A stretch of DNA of 64,000 nucleotides from a virus (taxonomy: Duplodnaviria > Caudoviricetes). The stretch's first letter is position 1; each line of letters opens with the position of its first letter. The notes below the pieces were generated by a model. The model was given only the letters and a program-made list of their open reading frames with translations. It ran no database searches and was not told where the DNA came from. This document shows positions 34,170 through 43,579 of the stretch, piece after piece. Made by a program: the position numbers and the translations under genes. The DNA lies in IMG/VR virus record IMGVR_UViG_3300034198_027116, positions 1,766 through 65,765 of that record, one strand, 5' to 3'.

Positions 34170-34905
34170 TCGGTTCGACGACCTCCCCCTAGAGATACAG
34201 GGCGGGCACCACGTCATGCAACACGAGTTTGAGGAACGCGACGATCCGCGAGAGATGATGATCGAGCGTATGAGCTGGCTCTCGCAAACGCCTACCGACG
34301 GCGTGCTCCTCAGAGCCAACATGATCACCCCGCTACTCGCCCACTTTCACGAGCGCACCGTGATCGAGATGATGCTGATGACGCGAGGCTGCTCTCTGCT
34401 GCTCTCCTACCTACCTGGCTCGATCCTAATGCCCGCCGGAGAGCACGGAGAGGACGATCACGCCTCCTTAGCGGCGGCCTATCGCCGCGCGTTCCCCGGC
34501 ATGCCCGGGATCGGCAGCCTCGCGCCCTACGTCGTGTTGGTAGGCGAGACGCCGAACCCTCGCACCCTAGACAAGACGCTGGGGGTACCGTTCTCAAACG
34601 GCCCCTCGGGCGAGTGGCTCATGACTAGCGTCGGCTGCATAGACATTCGCCCAACCGCGTACATCACCAACGCGATCAAGGCGGACGGCGACGAACGCAC
34701 GGCGGCGCAGGAAATCCGATGGTTGCGTCCACAGGCCGTGGTCGCCCTAGGGCAGGTGGCCTCGAAGATGCTGCGCAAGGCCAAGATCGAGCACACCACT
34801 ATCGTTCATCCTCAATACGCGCGACGATTTCACTTTAAGGAGCAGGGAGCATATGTCGACCAGATTCGCCGAGCCATCCTCGAGTCAGCCCGCCATCGAG
34901 CCTAG
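34150..34905 (+). CDS. uracil-DNA-glycosylase-like protein with degenerate kinase-like N-terminus
   Basis: LVGETP, PFSNGPSG..L, YITNA, VVALG..A, HPQY. Confidence 0.72.
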   Translation: MLLYENDRFDDLPLEIQGGHHVMQHEFEERDDPREMMIERMSWLSQTPTDGVLLRANMITPLLAHFHERTVIEMMLMTRGCSLLLSYLPGSILMPAGEHGEDDHASLAAAYRRAFPGMPGIGSLAPYVVLVGETPNPRTLDKTLGVPFSNGPSGEWLMTSVGCIDIRPTAYITNAIKADGDERTAAQEIRWLRPQAVVALGQVASKMLRKAKIEHTTIVHPQYARRFHFKEQGAYVDQIRRAILESARHRA

Positions 34906-35389
34906 TGGCCTGTGCATGTGCGGTTGCGGAGAGCGTACGCAGCCCTGGATCGTGGACGGCAAGATCGACGGATACAGGATGTACGCGACGGGTCACGCAG
35001 AGCTAGACACCGACCCCGCCGCCAAGATGCAGGACGACGAGAGCATGCGCGTTGACCCACTGTGCCTTTGCGTCGGAGACCCGATGGGAGTAGAGCTGAT
35101 CAATCGGTGCATCGAGCACTATGGCACAGCCATGAACCTTGAGGATCATCTAGGGCTGTCGCACGGTGGGCTCAACCGATACCGAGGTGAGCGTTACATT
35201 CACCTAGACCTGGTCGACAAGCTACTCGTGATGATGGGTGATCAGCACATGCTCGAGGACTTCGACTTCCGTCGTCGGAGTGAATGGGGCAGGTCGCCGG
35301 CGACGGACGCTAGAAACGAGCGGCGCAAGGCCGATCGCGAACGGCGACGCAAGCAGCGAGCAGCTAAGAAGACTTCTGCTGCTGCCTAG
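34853..35389 (+). CDS. hypothetical protein (CxCGC motif + HTH-like)
   Basis: CMCGCGE; LEDHLGLSHGGLNR. Confidence 0.6.
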   Translation: MSTRFAEPSSSQPAIEPSGLCMCGCGERTQPWIVDGKIDGYRMYATGHAELDTDPAAKMQDDESMRVDPLCLCVGDPMGVELINRCIEHYGTAMNLEDHLGLSHGGLNRYRGERYIHLDLVDKLLVMMGDQHMLEDFDFRRRSEWGRSPATDARNERRKADRERRRKQRAAKKTSAAA

Positions 35390-35597
35390 TCGCTAGATAG
35401 GCGTCAAAGCGCACCATCTTGTCGAGGTCGTCCTCGATCAGGATCATCCACTGTTGCACGATGGCGTCGTGCAACCAGCGCTTCTGCTTCTCGGAGATGG
35501 CCTGTAGCTGGGCTGAGCGCTCGCAGGCAGCACACCTACCTTCAATCGTGAAGGCGGTATGCGCCAGCGAGGTGCGGCAGTCTCGGCAGAAAGCCAT
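35364..35597 (-). CDS. small zinc-finger protein
   Basis: CRDC...CAAC. Confidence 0.55.
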   Translation of the reverse strand: MAFCRDCRTSLAHTAFTIEGRCAACERSAQLQAISEKQKRWLHDAIVQQWMILIEDDLDKMVRFDAYLATRQQQKSS

Positions 35598-37148
35598 CTA
35601 CTGAATGACGAGAGGCACCGACTCCACCGACTCGCTCAACTTGACGCGATGCGTGGCGATGAGCCCGTGCTCCGGGTGAAGCACGTGCATGTTCTGACTC
35701 GGGGCGCTAGCTCCACCGCGGCCGATCGAGAGGTTGTTAGTGCCGATCCATGCGCCTGACCAGATGGTCATGCTGTCGGCGCCGACCGTTATCTGGGTAG
35801 GGCGATGGTAGTGGCCCTTGAGGTGAAGGTAGTGCTGAATCCCGGTAGAAAGACGAACCTGCAGGTCGTTCTTGAGACCCGTGACCACCGGGGCGCCGAC
35901 TAGTCCGCCTCCTCGGTCCTGGTCTCCGTGCGTCAGCAGGATGATGCCCCCAGAGGTCTCGAAGTAGACGGCCTTGCGCGCCTCCGGGTCGTACCAGTCC
36001 ACGCCACCGTTGTCTGGAAGAGCGGCGAGCTGGTGGCGCACCGACTCGTAGCACAGATAGTCGAACGACAGCGACGGGGGCAGCGCGCCTCCCTTTCGCC
36101 CCTGAGGAACGCCATGGTTGCCGACCACCGACACCACAGCCACTCGATCTGCGCCAACCGACTTAGCTCGAGTAGCGATGCGCGCTACGGCTCCTGCCCA
36201 GGCGCGCGAAAGGCGTACTACCTGGGAGCCGGCGTCCAGCGCGAGGTGCCACTCCTGCCCATTGAAAACTCCGTGACCCTCGACGAAGTCGCCACCCTGC
36301 GCGAACCAGACGGTTCCGATGGGGTTGGAGTAGCTGACGTTCTCGAGCAGAGCCTCGACGGCCTCGACGTACCTCGGCAGGCGCTCGTCCTCGTAGACCT
36401 CAGGCGAGTAGCGGCCGCCCGGAGTGTCCTCGGCGTGCACGATCTCGCCGTACTGCTTGTCCGAGACGTGTAGCACGACGTCTACCGGAGTCTGACGCTT
36501 ACGCTTGCGATCGGCCACAGGCAGCGGTGGAGGCGGCGTCACGCTCACGGTCTCGGCTGCGTAGCGCAGCTCGTCGATGAGCTCGCGAATCGCGTTTCCC
36601 TCGGTCTCGAGCTCGCGAACTCGGCGCTGCAACATGGCAACCTTGGGCGTGCTGGTGGCGCGCACCGAGATGTCTCGATCCGAAGCGATGGCTGCCAGAT
36701 GACTACGCGACACGCCGAAGACCGCAGCTGCGCGCTCGTACCCCATCGCCCCTAGGATCGCCTCCAGCTCGGCGTTCGTCATGCGGTCTACCACCAGGCG
36801 ATCATCGCTCTTGGGAGTATCGCGGTGAGTTGGCACCCCTCGCTCACGACACCAGCGTAGAGCCGTGTTGTAGGCCACGTTGTGATGTCGGGCCATCTCG
36901 GCCACCGAACCTAGTTCGTCGAGCCCGGCCTTGAGCTCGTCGGCAGAGGCGTACGGGCACCCTGCGCGAGGAGCGCCCACCTTGCCCGTGCGAGTAGACG
37001 CGCCCATCTCGCGGCACCACTTACGCACGGTAGAGGGAGAAGCGGCGATTTGCTGAGCGAGGATGTCTACGCTTCCTGCGGCAGCGATGGCCTCTTGCAG
37101 TTCATCGGTGTTGGCGTACGGACACTCACGCCTGCGACGGTTTGTCAT
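35598..37148 (-). CDS. calcineurin-like metallophosphoesterase with tandem N-terminal HTH repeats
   Basis: SDKQ, GGD, GNHG, HGD, GHYH; duplicated CPYA..DEL...W CRE.G units; leaderless ATG 37148. Confidence 0.85.
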   Translation of the reverse strand: MTNRRRRECPYANTDELQEAIAAAGSVDILAQQIAASPSTVRKWCREMGASTRTGKVGAPRAGCPYASADELKAGLDELGSVAEMARHHNVAYNTALRWCRERGVPTHRDTPKSDDRLVVDRMTNAELEAILGAMGYERAAAVFGVSRSHLAAIASDRDISVRATSTPKVAMLQRRVRELETEGNAIRELIDELRYAAETVSVTPPPPLPVADRKRKRQTPVDVVLHVSDKQYGEIVHAEDTPGGRYSPEVYEDERLPRYVEAVEALLENVSYSNPIGTVWFAQGGDFVEGHGVFNGQEWHLALDAGSQVVRLSRAWAGAVARIATRAKSVGADRVAVVSVVGNHGVPQGRKGGALPPSLSFDYLCYESVRHQLAALPDNGGVDWYDPEARKAVYFETSGGIILLTHGDQDRGGGLVGAPVVTGLKNDLQVRLSTGIQHYLHLKGHYHRPTQITVGADSMTIWSGAWIGTNNLSIGRGGASAPSQNMHVLHPEHGLIATHRVKLSESVESVPLVIQ

Positions 37149-37194
37149 TGCCACACACTACCACAAAATGTACCTAGTATGGTATGCTATTTAC
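37149..37194. promoter_or_regulatory. divergent leaderless promoters
   Basis: + strand TATGG-TATGCT (37183-37188) 6 nt before ATG 37195; - strand TGTGG-TAGTGT 6 nt before ATG 37148. Confidence 0.7.
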
Positions 37195-37491
37195 ATGGAC
37201 AAGCTGTACAGCATCGGAGAAGCGGCAACGGAACTGGGTACGTCTTCGCAGCAGCTGCGCCGCTGGGAACGCGAGGGCCTGATTCCTCCTCCGTCCTCGC
37301 GCATTCAGAGAGGCAAGCGCCTTGACCGACGCTACACGCAGGACGACATCGACCAGCTCAAGGAGCTGCGCTGGCTGTTCAAGGTCGGCGCGCCCACGGC
37401 AGAAGAGGTCGAGGAGCGGGAGCGCCGGCGGCGTGAGTTTCTGCCCATGCGCAGTCAGGTCCAGGACCAGGGCAAAAAGCTAGGGGAGTAA
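37195..37491 (+). CDS. MerR-family HTH protein
   Basis: YSIGEAA.ELG....LRRWEREGLIP...RRYTQDDI. Confidence 0.88.
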   Translation: MDKLYSIGEAATELGTSSQQLRRWEREGLIPPPSSRIQRGKRLDRRYTQDDIDQLKELRWLFKVGAPTAEEVEERERRRREFLPMRSQVQDQGKKLGE

Positions 37492-37492
37492 C

Positions 37493-37693
37493 ATGAGTCA
37501 GATCGACGAGGGAGACGAGCTGGAGTACGGGCTCTCGATCGAGGCCGCCCCGGGCGTCTGGGTGAAAGCGGCATTGAAGGTAAAGGCTCGTCCGGGCGAG
37601 ACTCCGATGGCTTGCTGGGAGCGAGCTAGCGAAACGGTGGACTCGCTGCTGCGCTTTCACGCAGACCGATTAGCCTCAGAACTCTCGAAGTAG
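37493..37693 (+). CDS. hypothetical protein
   Basis: GGGGAG RBS. Confidence 0.65.
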   Translation: MSQIDEGDELEYGLSIEAAPGVWVKAALKVKARPGETPMACWERASETVDSLLRFHADRLASELSK

Positions 37694-37708
37694 CCGCTAT
37701 AATAGGTA

Positions 37709-37829
37709 GCGGATAAGGCGCGAGAGTCCTAGCTACGAGCCGTCATGTCATGGCCCTTCCAGGGGTGGCCCAGCCTCCAGCTATCCGCGCAGGGCAGGCG
37801 GGGGACGTTATAGTCCCCCGCCATCCCTG
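37709..37829 (+). ncRNA. candidate small structured RNA plus hairpin
   Basis: TATAAT at 37698-37703; closing stem GCGGATA/TATCCGC (37709/37788); then GGCGGGGGAC/GTCCCCCGCC hairpin. Confidence 0.4.
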
Positions 37830-37842
37830 ATATCCTTTAGGC

Positions 37843-38163
37843 ATGGCTCTCTACTACCTAGCAGGTCCCATGAGCGGTATCCAGGACTTCAACTATCCTG
37901 CGTTTGACGCGGCCGCGCGCGACCTAAGGGCGCAGGGATTTGAGGTACTCAACCCAGCGGAGCAGTTTGAGGGCGATCAGAGCCTGCCTCGCTCCGTCTA
38001 CCTGCGAAGAGCGGTCGAGAACCTGCTGCAGTGCGAGGCCATCGTGATGCTGCCGGACTGGCAGCGGTCGCCTGGAGCCATCTTCGAGATGACCGTGGCG
38101 AGCGCCCTCGAACTCAGCATTCATCGCTACGTGGCACACATGCCTCCGGCCTCGCTGCTGTGA
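37843..38163 (+). CDS. DUF4406 / nucleoside deoxyribosyltransferase-like protein
   Basis: YLAGPMSG..DFNYPAF...LNPA...W..SPGA..E. Confidence 0.85.
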   Translation: MALYYLAGPMSGIQDFNYPAFDAAARDLRAQGFEVLNPAEQFEGDQSLPRSVYLRRAVENLLQCEAIVMLPDWQRSPGAIFEMTVASALELSIHRYVAHMPPASLL

Positions 38164-38657
38164 TCGTCGGCGTTGACTTCTCCACCAAGGCGCTGCATTG
38201 CTGCTTTGCAGCTGACTCGGTACCTCAGATCGCTCGACTAGAGATCGCCTCTGCGGAGACCGAGGTGCAGGCCTCCTTGGTCTACGAGTTGCTAGGGGGT
38301 CTGTTGCGGACGCTGGAAGAGCGCTACGAGCAGGGGCCAGGGCTTTTGGTCATCGAGCGCCCATGGGCTGGTTCTAACGCCCGCTCGGTGGTAAAGCTCG
38401 GCCAGGTGCAGGGCGCAGTGATGGCGACCGCCTACGCGCATGGGTGGGTGGTACGCGAGGAAGACCCTTCGGCCATTCGCAAGGCGGTGGTAGGGGTCGG
38501 AACCGCGAAGGGCAAGGGCGCCATCAAGCAGATCGTGCGCGACTGGGTGAAGATGGTGTACAAGATGGACCTGTCCGAGGACGCGGCCGACGCCGTGGTC
38601 ATCTGGTCGTATGGAGCGGTACTGCAGAAACCTCGGCCGAGAGGTCTCGGGGCGTAA
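38160..38657 (+). CDS. ruvC: RuvC-like Holliday-junction resolvase
   Basis: IVGVD, VIERP, KLGQVQG, DAADA. Confidence 0.8.
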   Translation: MIVGVDFSTKALHCCFAADSVPQIARLEIASAETEVQASLVYELLGGLLRTLEERYEQGPGLLVIERPWAGSNARSVVKLGQVQGAVMATAYAHGWVVREEDPSAIRKAVVGVGTAKGKGAIKQIVRDWVKMVYKMDLSEDAADAVVIWSYGAVLQKPRPRGLGA

Positions 38658-38994
38658 AGTGCGCAGCCGTGCGCCAGGCGAACTCCTCCGGCAGCGTATC
38701 TAGGCGCGACCGCAACCAGAACGCAGCGTCTTCACCCCAGGCCCAGAGCTCGCGCCCGAACTGGCGCCGGTCAAAGGGCGATTCTATGCCAAAGCAGATC
38801 GAACCAACCGCAGCGTCGCGCGCGAGGTGAGCGTGAGCATCGTGCGTAGGACAGAGCTGAAAGGAATCGAGGATGCGCATCTCGCCGTACAGCTGAAGCT
38901 GCCAGCGCACGGGGATCAGATGATGCTGGCGAAAGGTGTATGGCAGCGGAAGATGGTGCGTCCGCACCGTACATCCGTGGTCAAGACTACTCAC
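38599..38994 (-). CDS. small HNH-like nuclease
   Basis: HHLIP..WQ...LCPTHDAHAH. Confidence 0.55.
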   Translation of the reverse strand: MSSLDHGCTVRTHHLPLPYTFRQHHLIPVRWQLQLYGEMRILDSFQLCPTHDAHAHLARDAAVGSICFGIESPFDRRQFGRELWAWGEDAAFWLRSRLDTLPEEFAWRTAAHFTPRDLSAEVSAVPLHTTR

Positions 38995-39217
38995 CGATCA
39001 GCTTGTTCAGCTCGAAACGCAGGCGCTCGAGCTGGCGGTCGATCCGAGCGATTCGTGCCGCTGCGGTCTCTCCTGGCCCCACGATGACCTGGTCGCCGTC
39101 ATCGCTCATCTTGGAGTTGAGCTCCGCCTCAAAGCGGGTAGCTTCGAGCTGACGAAGGGCGTCGTGGATCATCTGGGCTCGATCGGGCACATCGAGAGCT
39201 TGGTACTCCGGGTTCAT
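38987..39217 (-). CDS. hypothetical coiled-coil protein
   Basis: GGGAGA RBS. Confidence 0.6.
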   Translation of the reverse strand: MNPEYQALDVPDRAQMIHDALRQLEATRFEAELNSKMSDDGDQVIVGPGETAAARIARIDRQLERLRFELNKLIGE

Positions 39218-39225
39218 GCTTCTCC

Positions 39226-40002
39226 CTAGCCGGTGACGACCAGCTGGTTCGAGTTGTTGATGGTAATCGTGGCGGACGTGCCGTCTGGCTTGTACAGCAG
39301 GATGGCGCTCTGAGCGGTATTGTTGCCAACCTCCAGCGTCTTAGCTCGCACGCACAACGATACGGTACCGGTATAGGTGCCGCTCGAGGTAGCGATCGAA
39401 GCCCCGTTGCTAAACGCGATGCCGCCCGTAGCCGCCGATCCGATCGAGATACCGTTGGTGGTAACCGAGAGCAGCGAACCTCCCGTAGACAGCTTGACGT
39501 CCAGCAGGTTGCCGGTCTGAGACGACGCCCCCTGCACGGTGAGCGGCACGTCGGAGGGAACCAGCGGCCGCAGTACGAAGGCGTTGTACTGGTCAGCGCT
39601 GGCCTGCACCCCGTTGAGCAGCCTCAGGCTCGTGATGGTAGAACCACTCCACGTAGCGGTTCCTACCTTGCGATAGAAGTCGCTAGTAGGCGTACCGTTG
39701 TTGATCTCGAGGGTAGCCGACTTGGGCGAGGCCACATCATCGCTAGTCACGTAAACGTCGTAGCCGCCCGCGCTACCGGTAGCGGTAGCGCTGACCGTGC
39801 TGGCGCCGTAGCGAGTCTTAGCTCCGATCCTAACCGCGTAGGCACCCTCGGTCAAAGCGTCCCCGTACAGCGTTACCTGATTGGTAGAGTCTCGGCGCAA
39901 CCGCATACCCCAGCTCAGACCGGTGTTGATCTCCTGGGAGTCATTGAGCCACTCGGCGGTTACGGCGGTGGTGGCATCGCTGAAGTTGATGTCTCGACTC
40001 AT
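39226..40002 (-). CDS. tail fibre/baseplate-distal structural protein
   Basis: Ser/Thr/Gly-rich beta protein, VTAEWLN motif, downstream of baseplate genes. Confidence 0.65.
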   Translation of the reverse strand: MSRDINFSDATTAVTAEWLNDSQEINTGLSWGMRLRRDSTNQVTLYGDALTEGAYAVRIGAKTRYGASTVSATATGSAGGYDVYVTSDDVASPKSATLEINNGTPTSDFYRKVGTATWSGSTITSLRLLNGVQASADQYNAFVLRPLVPSDVPLTVQGASSQTGNLLDVKLSTGGSLLSVTTNGISIGSAATGGIAFSNGASIATSSGTYTGTVSLCVRAKTLEVGNNTAQSAILLYKPDGTSATITINNSNQLVVTG

Positions 40003-40016
40003 GGGTACATTCTATC

Positions 40017-41240
40017 CTACGTGCGAGTTGCCGAGGAGTCGGTGGCGGTGGCCTGCTCCCCCTGTCGGTTGGTGGTAGATTCGAGCACGTCGCCGTGAGT
40101 ATCCACGAAGTGGGTGGCGAGGGTGCTGCCCGCTAGATCGCCAGCGTAGAACACGTCGTAGTAGATGGTGACGCCTAGGTGAGCGGGCACGAGCCGATGG
40201 CAGCACGAATAGAAGTCAAAGCGCGCTCCATCCAGCGGCACGGAGACGTCGAGCGAGTAGTTCGCAAAGTCCTCGTGCAGGCGCACCTGCTGACCCGCGG
40301 CCAGGCTCAAGGCCTGCTGAAGCTCTGCGGTCGTCACGGGCATCGACAGCAGCCCCTTGATGAGGTTGCGGCGGCGCACGTCGGAGTATAGGTAGGGTTC
40401 GGCCGGAAGACCCAAGGCGTCCTCGTGTCGCAGCAACATTCTGCCGGCTAGCCCCGGGATACCTTGTGGCAGGCTCTCGTTGATAGCTGCCCACAGAGCG
40501 TCTAGCTCATAGCCCGCCCCCTGAGCGATGGCATCGTTGACGCTCTGATCCCAGTGATACTCGGGCAAGCGCTCGATGAAGGCGTTGGCTCTCGCCTCCT
40601 CTCGCGGAAGCTGAGTCCATCCAGAGAGTACGTCGAAGAAGATGGTACCGCCCGCCGTACTCTCCAGCGTGATCTCTACGGCCTCGATACGCCCCCAGGA
40701 CGGAGTGCCTACGGCGCGAAAGCTAGTCTTGGCGACGAGGGTGGTGACCCAGTCGCCAAAGGTAATCGACTGAGCGTAGCCATAGGAGGCCGCGCCCATC
40801 GAGGGATCTGCCTCGTCGTAGTAGGTAGCGGTGCCGTAGATCGAGGTACCTCCGCTCCCCGCTGCCGACGGAGACCAGCTAAACTCGAAGTAGCTGGCCG
40901 CGGCGCCCGGCATGTATGGCATCGGCGGAGGCATCGGCACCATGGGCACGTAGCTGGTATAGAGCCGCAGCGTGGCCTGAGCGAGCGGGGTGGCGTCGGG
41001 CGTATACGTCACGATGCCTACGCCGTGAAAGTCCGCGAAGTCCGTGGGATAGCGACTGGTGGCCGTGAGTACCTCGGTTCCCAGCGTGGTCAGCTGCAAC
41101 GAATAGTCACCCTGTAGCTTGGGGTAGGTGGCAAGCTGCACGCTGCCGCCCACGGGATCAGACTCGCCCGTCCAGCCCTCGGACCGGCGCGCCAGGTAGA
41201 GAGGGGTCAGATACCCGCCGTCGAGAGAGGTATAGCTCAT
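40017..41240 (-). CDS. baseplate wedge protein (C-terminal XkdU/DUF2313-like)
   Basis: LPEY...L.RHE..LGL...RR..I...PAHL; follows baseplate J. Confidence 0.7.
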   Translation of the reverse strand: MSYTSLDGGYLTPLYLARRSEGWTGESDPVGGSVQLATYPKLQGDYSLQLTTLGTEVLTATSRYPTDFADFHGVGIVTYTPDATPLAQATLRLYTSYVPMVPMPPPMPYMPGAAASYFEFSWSPSAAGSGGTSIYGTATYYDEADPSMGAASYGYAQSITFGDWVTTLVAKTSFRAVGTPSWGRIEAVEITLESTAGGTIFFDVLSGWTQLPREEARANAFIERLPEYHWDQSVNDAIAQGAGYELDALWAAINESLPQGIPGLAGRMLLRHEDALGLPAEPYLYSDVRRRNLIKGLLSMPVTTAELQQALSLAAGQQVRLHEDFANYSLDVSVPLDGARFDFYSCCHRLVPAHLGVTIYYDVFYAGDLAGSTLATHFVDTHGDVLESTTNRQGEQATATDSSATRT

Positions 41241-42343
41241 GGCGTGCTTAGGATGATCGAGCCGAAGTAGCCCTTGGTGTTGCTGGCCAGCTGGTAGTTG
41301 GTGTTAGTGCCCTCGATCGTCAGCGACGCCCACGTGACGTCCTTGACGCCGTGCGTCTGAACGATCACAGCTAGCACCTCCGACAGGTACACGACGCCAC
41401 CCGGGCTAACGGTCTTGAGGTAGCCCGCTACGTTGAGCTCGCACTCGGTCTGGACGTCGGCGATCCCGTACCCACTCTCCAGGGAGATCTGCGCGACGAA
41501 GTCCAGCCCAGCTAGGCTCGGAGTCGTGACGGTGACGTCAGCTCCCACCGGCGTTACTGCCGCGATGGCCGCCGTAGCCTGCGCTAGCACGGCGCTCGAC
41601 ACCGGGGCGTAACCCGCGTCCATCACGATGACGCGCACGGTACCGTTCCCGGCCCAGAGCGGCTCTACCACTATCACTCCCACTCCGGCTACCGAGGTGC
41701 CTGCCGCTTCGTAGTCAGCGGTCGTACCTGCGCCGCGGCCCAGCCGCATCCGCTCTAGCAGAACCGTACGCAGATCGTCGTCGCTCTGCTCGTCGCTTCC
41801 TCCCGTAGCCGGAACAGAGTTATTGATCGAGGTGATGCCGTCGATCGGATCCTCGAGGCGCACGACCGCGTTAGCCGCGACGTTACCTACCACGCCGCCG
41901 GTTGTGCACTGCGTGGCGATCGTCGCGGTCGTATCGCTCAGCGTAGTTTCGTTGAGAGTCTGAAAGTAGATGGGCTCGCCGAGGTTCGCAGAATCGAGCA
42001 GAGTGGACACCCTGGTACCGGCGGGCACGACCGTGCCGATGGTGCCGGTGAAGTCGACGTCTAGCGTGGCGTAGGCCGCGAGCTTACGAGACACGCCGAA
42101 GGACTCGGCGATGGCCTCCAGGTACACGTCCGTGGCTGTCTGCGGATACACCTGCGTGGCAACCTGGTCCATGGACTGATAGAAGGTCTCGAGCTCGGCT
42201 GCAAAGGTCGCGATCAGATCGTAGGCAAACGAACCCTCCGTGCGATCGTAGCTCGAGGGCAGCGAGACCAGCATGCGGGAGATGATCTCGGAGATGGTGT
42301 TGCGCGACGCGTACTCGGGGTCGCTGATGAAGGTGACGGTCAT
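41237..42343 (-). CDS. baseplate J-like protein (XkdT-like)
   Basis: DRTEGSFAYD, TAT..YL, GG.DEQSD..LR, G..ADY, P.WAG.GTV. Confidence 0.92.
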   Translation of the reverse strand: MTVTFISDPEYASRNTISEIISRMLVSLPSSYDRTEGSFAYDLIATFAAELETFYQSMDQVATQVYPQTATDVYLEAIAESFGVSRKLAAYATLDVDFTGTIGTVVPAGTRVSTLLDSANLGEPIYFQTLNETTLSDTTATIATQCTTGGVVGNVAANAVVRLEDPIDGITSINNSVPATGGSDEQSDDDLRTVLLERMRLGRGAGTTADYEAAGTSVAGVGVIVVEPLWAGNGTVRVIVMDAGYAPVSSAVLAQATAAIAAVTPVGADVTVTTPSLAGLDFVAQISLESGYGIADVQTECELNVAGYLKTVSPGGVVYLSEVLAVIVQTHGVKDVTWASLTIEGTNTNYQLASNTKGYFGSIILSTP

Positions 42344-42351
42344 GGGGTCTC

Positions 42352-42825
42352 CTACAGCGTTACGACGAGCCTGGTCTCGCCGGCAAGCTTGTCATAGATG
42401 GTCATGTAGATCACGGCAGAATCGCTCGATAGCTGCTCGAGCCTCACGTCCTTGACCTGCAGGATGAGGGGGTGCATGAGCAGGCATCGCTCTAGATCGT
42501 CCTGCAAACCCATCTTGAGCTCGCTAAACGATCGCTTACCGATCTGAAGCGCGAAGTCCGTTCCGTAGTCGTCGCCGTAGATGACGTACGTGCCCCTGGG
42601 AGTTCGCAGCGCCTTTTCGATCCATACCAGAAGGGATCGTTGGTCCTTTGACAGCACCAGGGTCTGCCGTCCCGCCTGCACGTAGCCGACCGCGCCAGGC
42701 CCAAACCTAAAGATGGGAGTCAGCGGATAGGCGGTCATCTCCTGCTCGATGGGCGCGTTGCTATCGGCCGTCTCGAGGTTGAAGAAGAACTGATCGTCTG
42801 GCAGCAGGGTTCCGAAGGTCGTCAC
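42352..42825 (-). CDS. baseplate gp25/XkdS (DUF2634)-like protein
   Basis: WIEKALRT.RG.Y.IY..DYG. Confidence 0.82.
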   Translation of the reverse strand: MTTFGTLLPDDQFFFNLETADSNAPIEQEMTAYPLTPIFRFGPGAVGYVQAGRQTLVLSKDQRSLLVWIEKALRTPRGTYVIYGDDYGTDFALQIGKRSFSELKMGLQDDLERCLLMHPLILQVKDVRLEQLSSDSAVIYMTIYDKLAGETRLVVTL

Positions 42826-42834
42826 TTGGGTATC

Positions 42835-43578
42835 TTACTCGCTTACCTGTTGAGCCGTGAGGATGACGGAGGGAATGGCTGGTACCGGTGACGCCGCCGG
42901 CACCGCCTTGAGCTGAACGCGGTTATCGCTAACCGACCACATCAGCTCCGCGTACTGACCAGCCTCAGCCACCGTAACGAAGAAGTTCCAGGCGGCGATG
43001 TTCTGGGCGTTGGTTCCCTGGATGGCTACCTCGCTGGCGGAGTTGGCGACGTCGATACCGTCCTGGCGCAGCCAGATGTAGATGAGACCGGTAGAGCCAG
43101 CGCTCTTGTCTAGCTGAACCGAAAACTGCAGGTTGTAGACGCCGGGATGCTCGAAGACCACGTGGCTGGTGTGGGTAGGATCGATGTGCACCCCGTCGCT
43201 AGCGTCGGTATGGTTGTACGTCATCGCGTAGGCCGTGCCGGTAGCCGCGGCAGACTGCGTGGTCGTATCGTAGAACGAACCGTAGTAAGCGCGAGCGGGA
43301 ACGCTCACGCCGGTGGCGTCTCCGATGAAGCCGACGATGAAGTGACGTTCGTTCTGGTACAGCACGAGCACACGGTCTCCCACGGACAGCCCGCCGATGA
43401 CGCCCATCGTCAGGCAGTCCCCGGCTAGTCCCACGCTGCTGTCGGGCCGTACCACGATGCCGTCCACGGGATCGTCCGTCGCTACCACCGTAGCGGTATC
43501 TAGCGTGGTGGTGCTCATGCGCGCCGCCAGCCTAGCCTCCTGGTGGATGACGCCGAGTAGGTCGCGGTAGGCGTTCAA
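42835..43578 (-). CDS. baseplate spike-like protein with C-terminal beta domain
   Basis: ATVV...LSVGDRVLV...FIVG OB-like N-terminus; synteny. Confidence 0.6.
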   Translation of the reverse strand: MNAYRDLLGVIHQEARLAARMSTTTLDTATVVATDDPVDGIVVRPDSSVGLAGDCLTMGVIGGLSVGDRVLVLYQNERHFIVGFIGDATGVSVPARAYYGSFYDTTTQSAAATGTAYAMTYNHTDASDGVHIDPTHTSHVVFEHPGVYNLQFSVQLDKSAGSTGLIYIWLRQDGIDVANSASEVAIQGTNAQNIAAWNFFVTVAEAGQYAELMWSVSDNRVQLKAVPAASPVPAIPSVILTAQQVSE

Positions 43579-43579
43579 C

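Noticed and set aside
37709-37788. Canonical tRNA gene
   Set aside because: No TTC T-loop, D-arm or anticodon arm in register; kept only as a candidate ncRNA.
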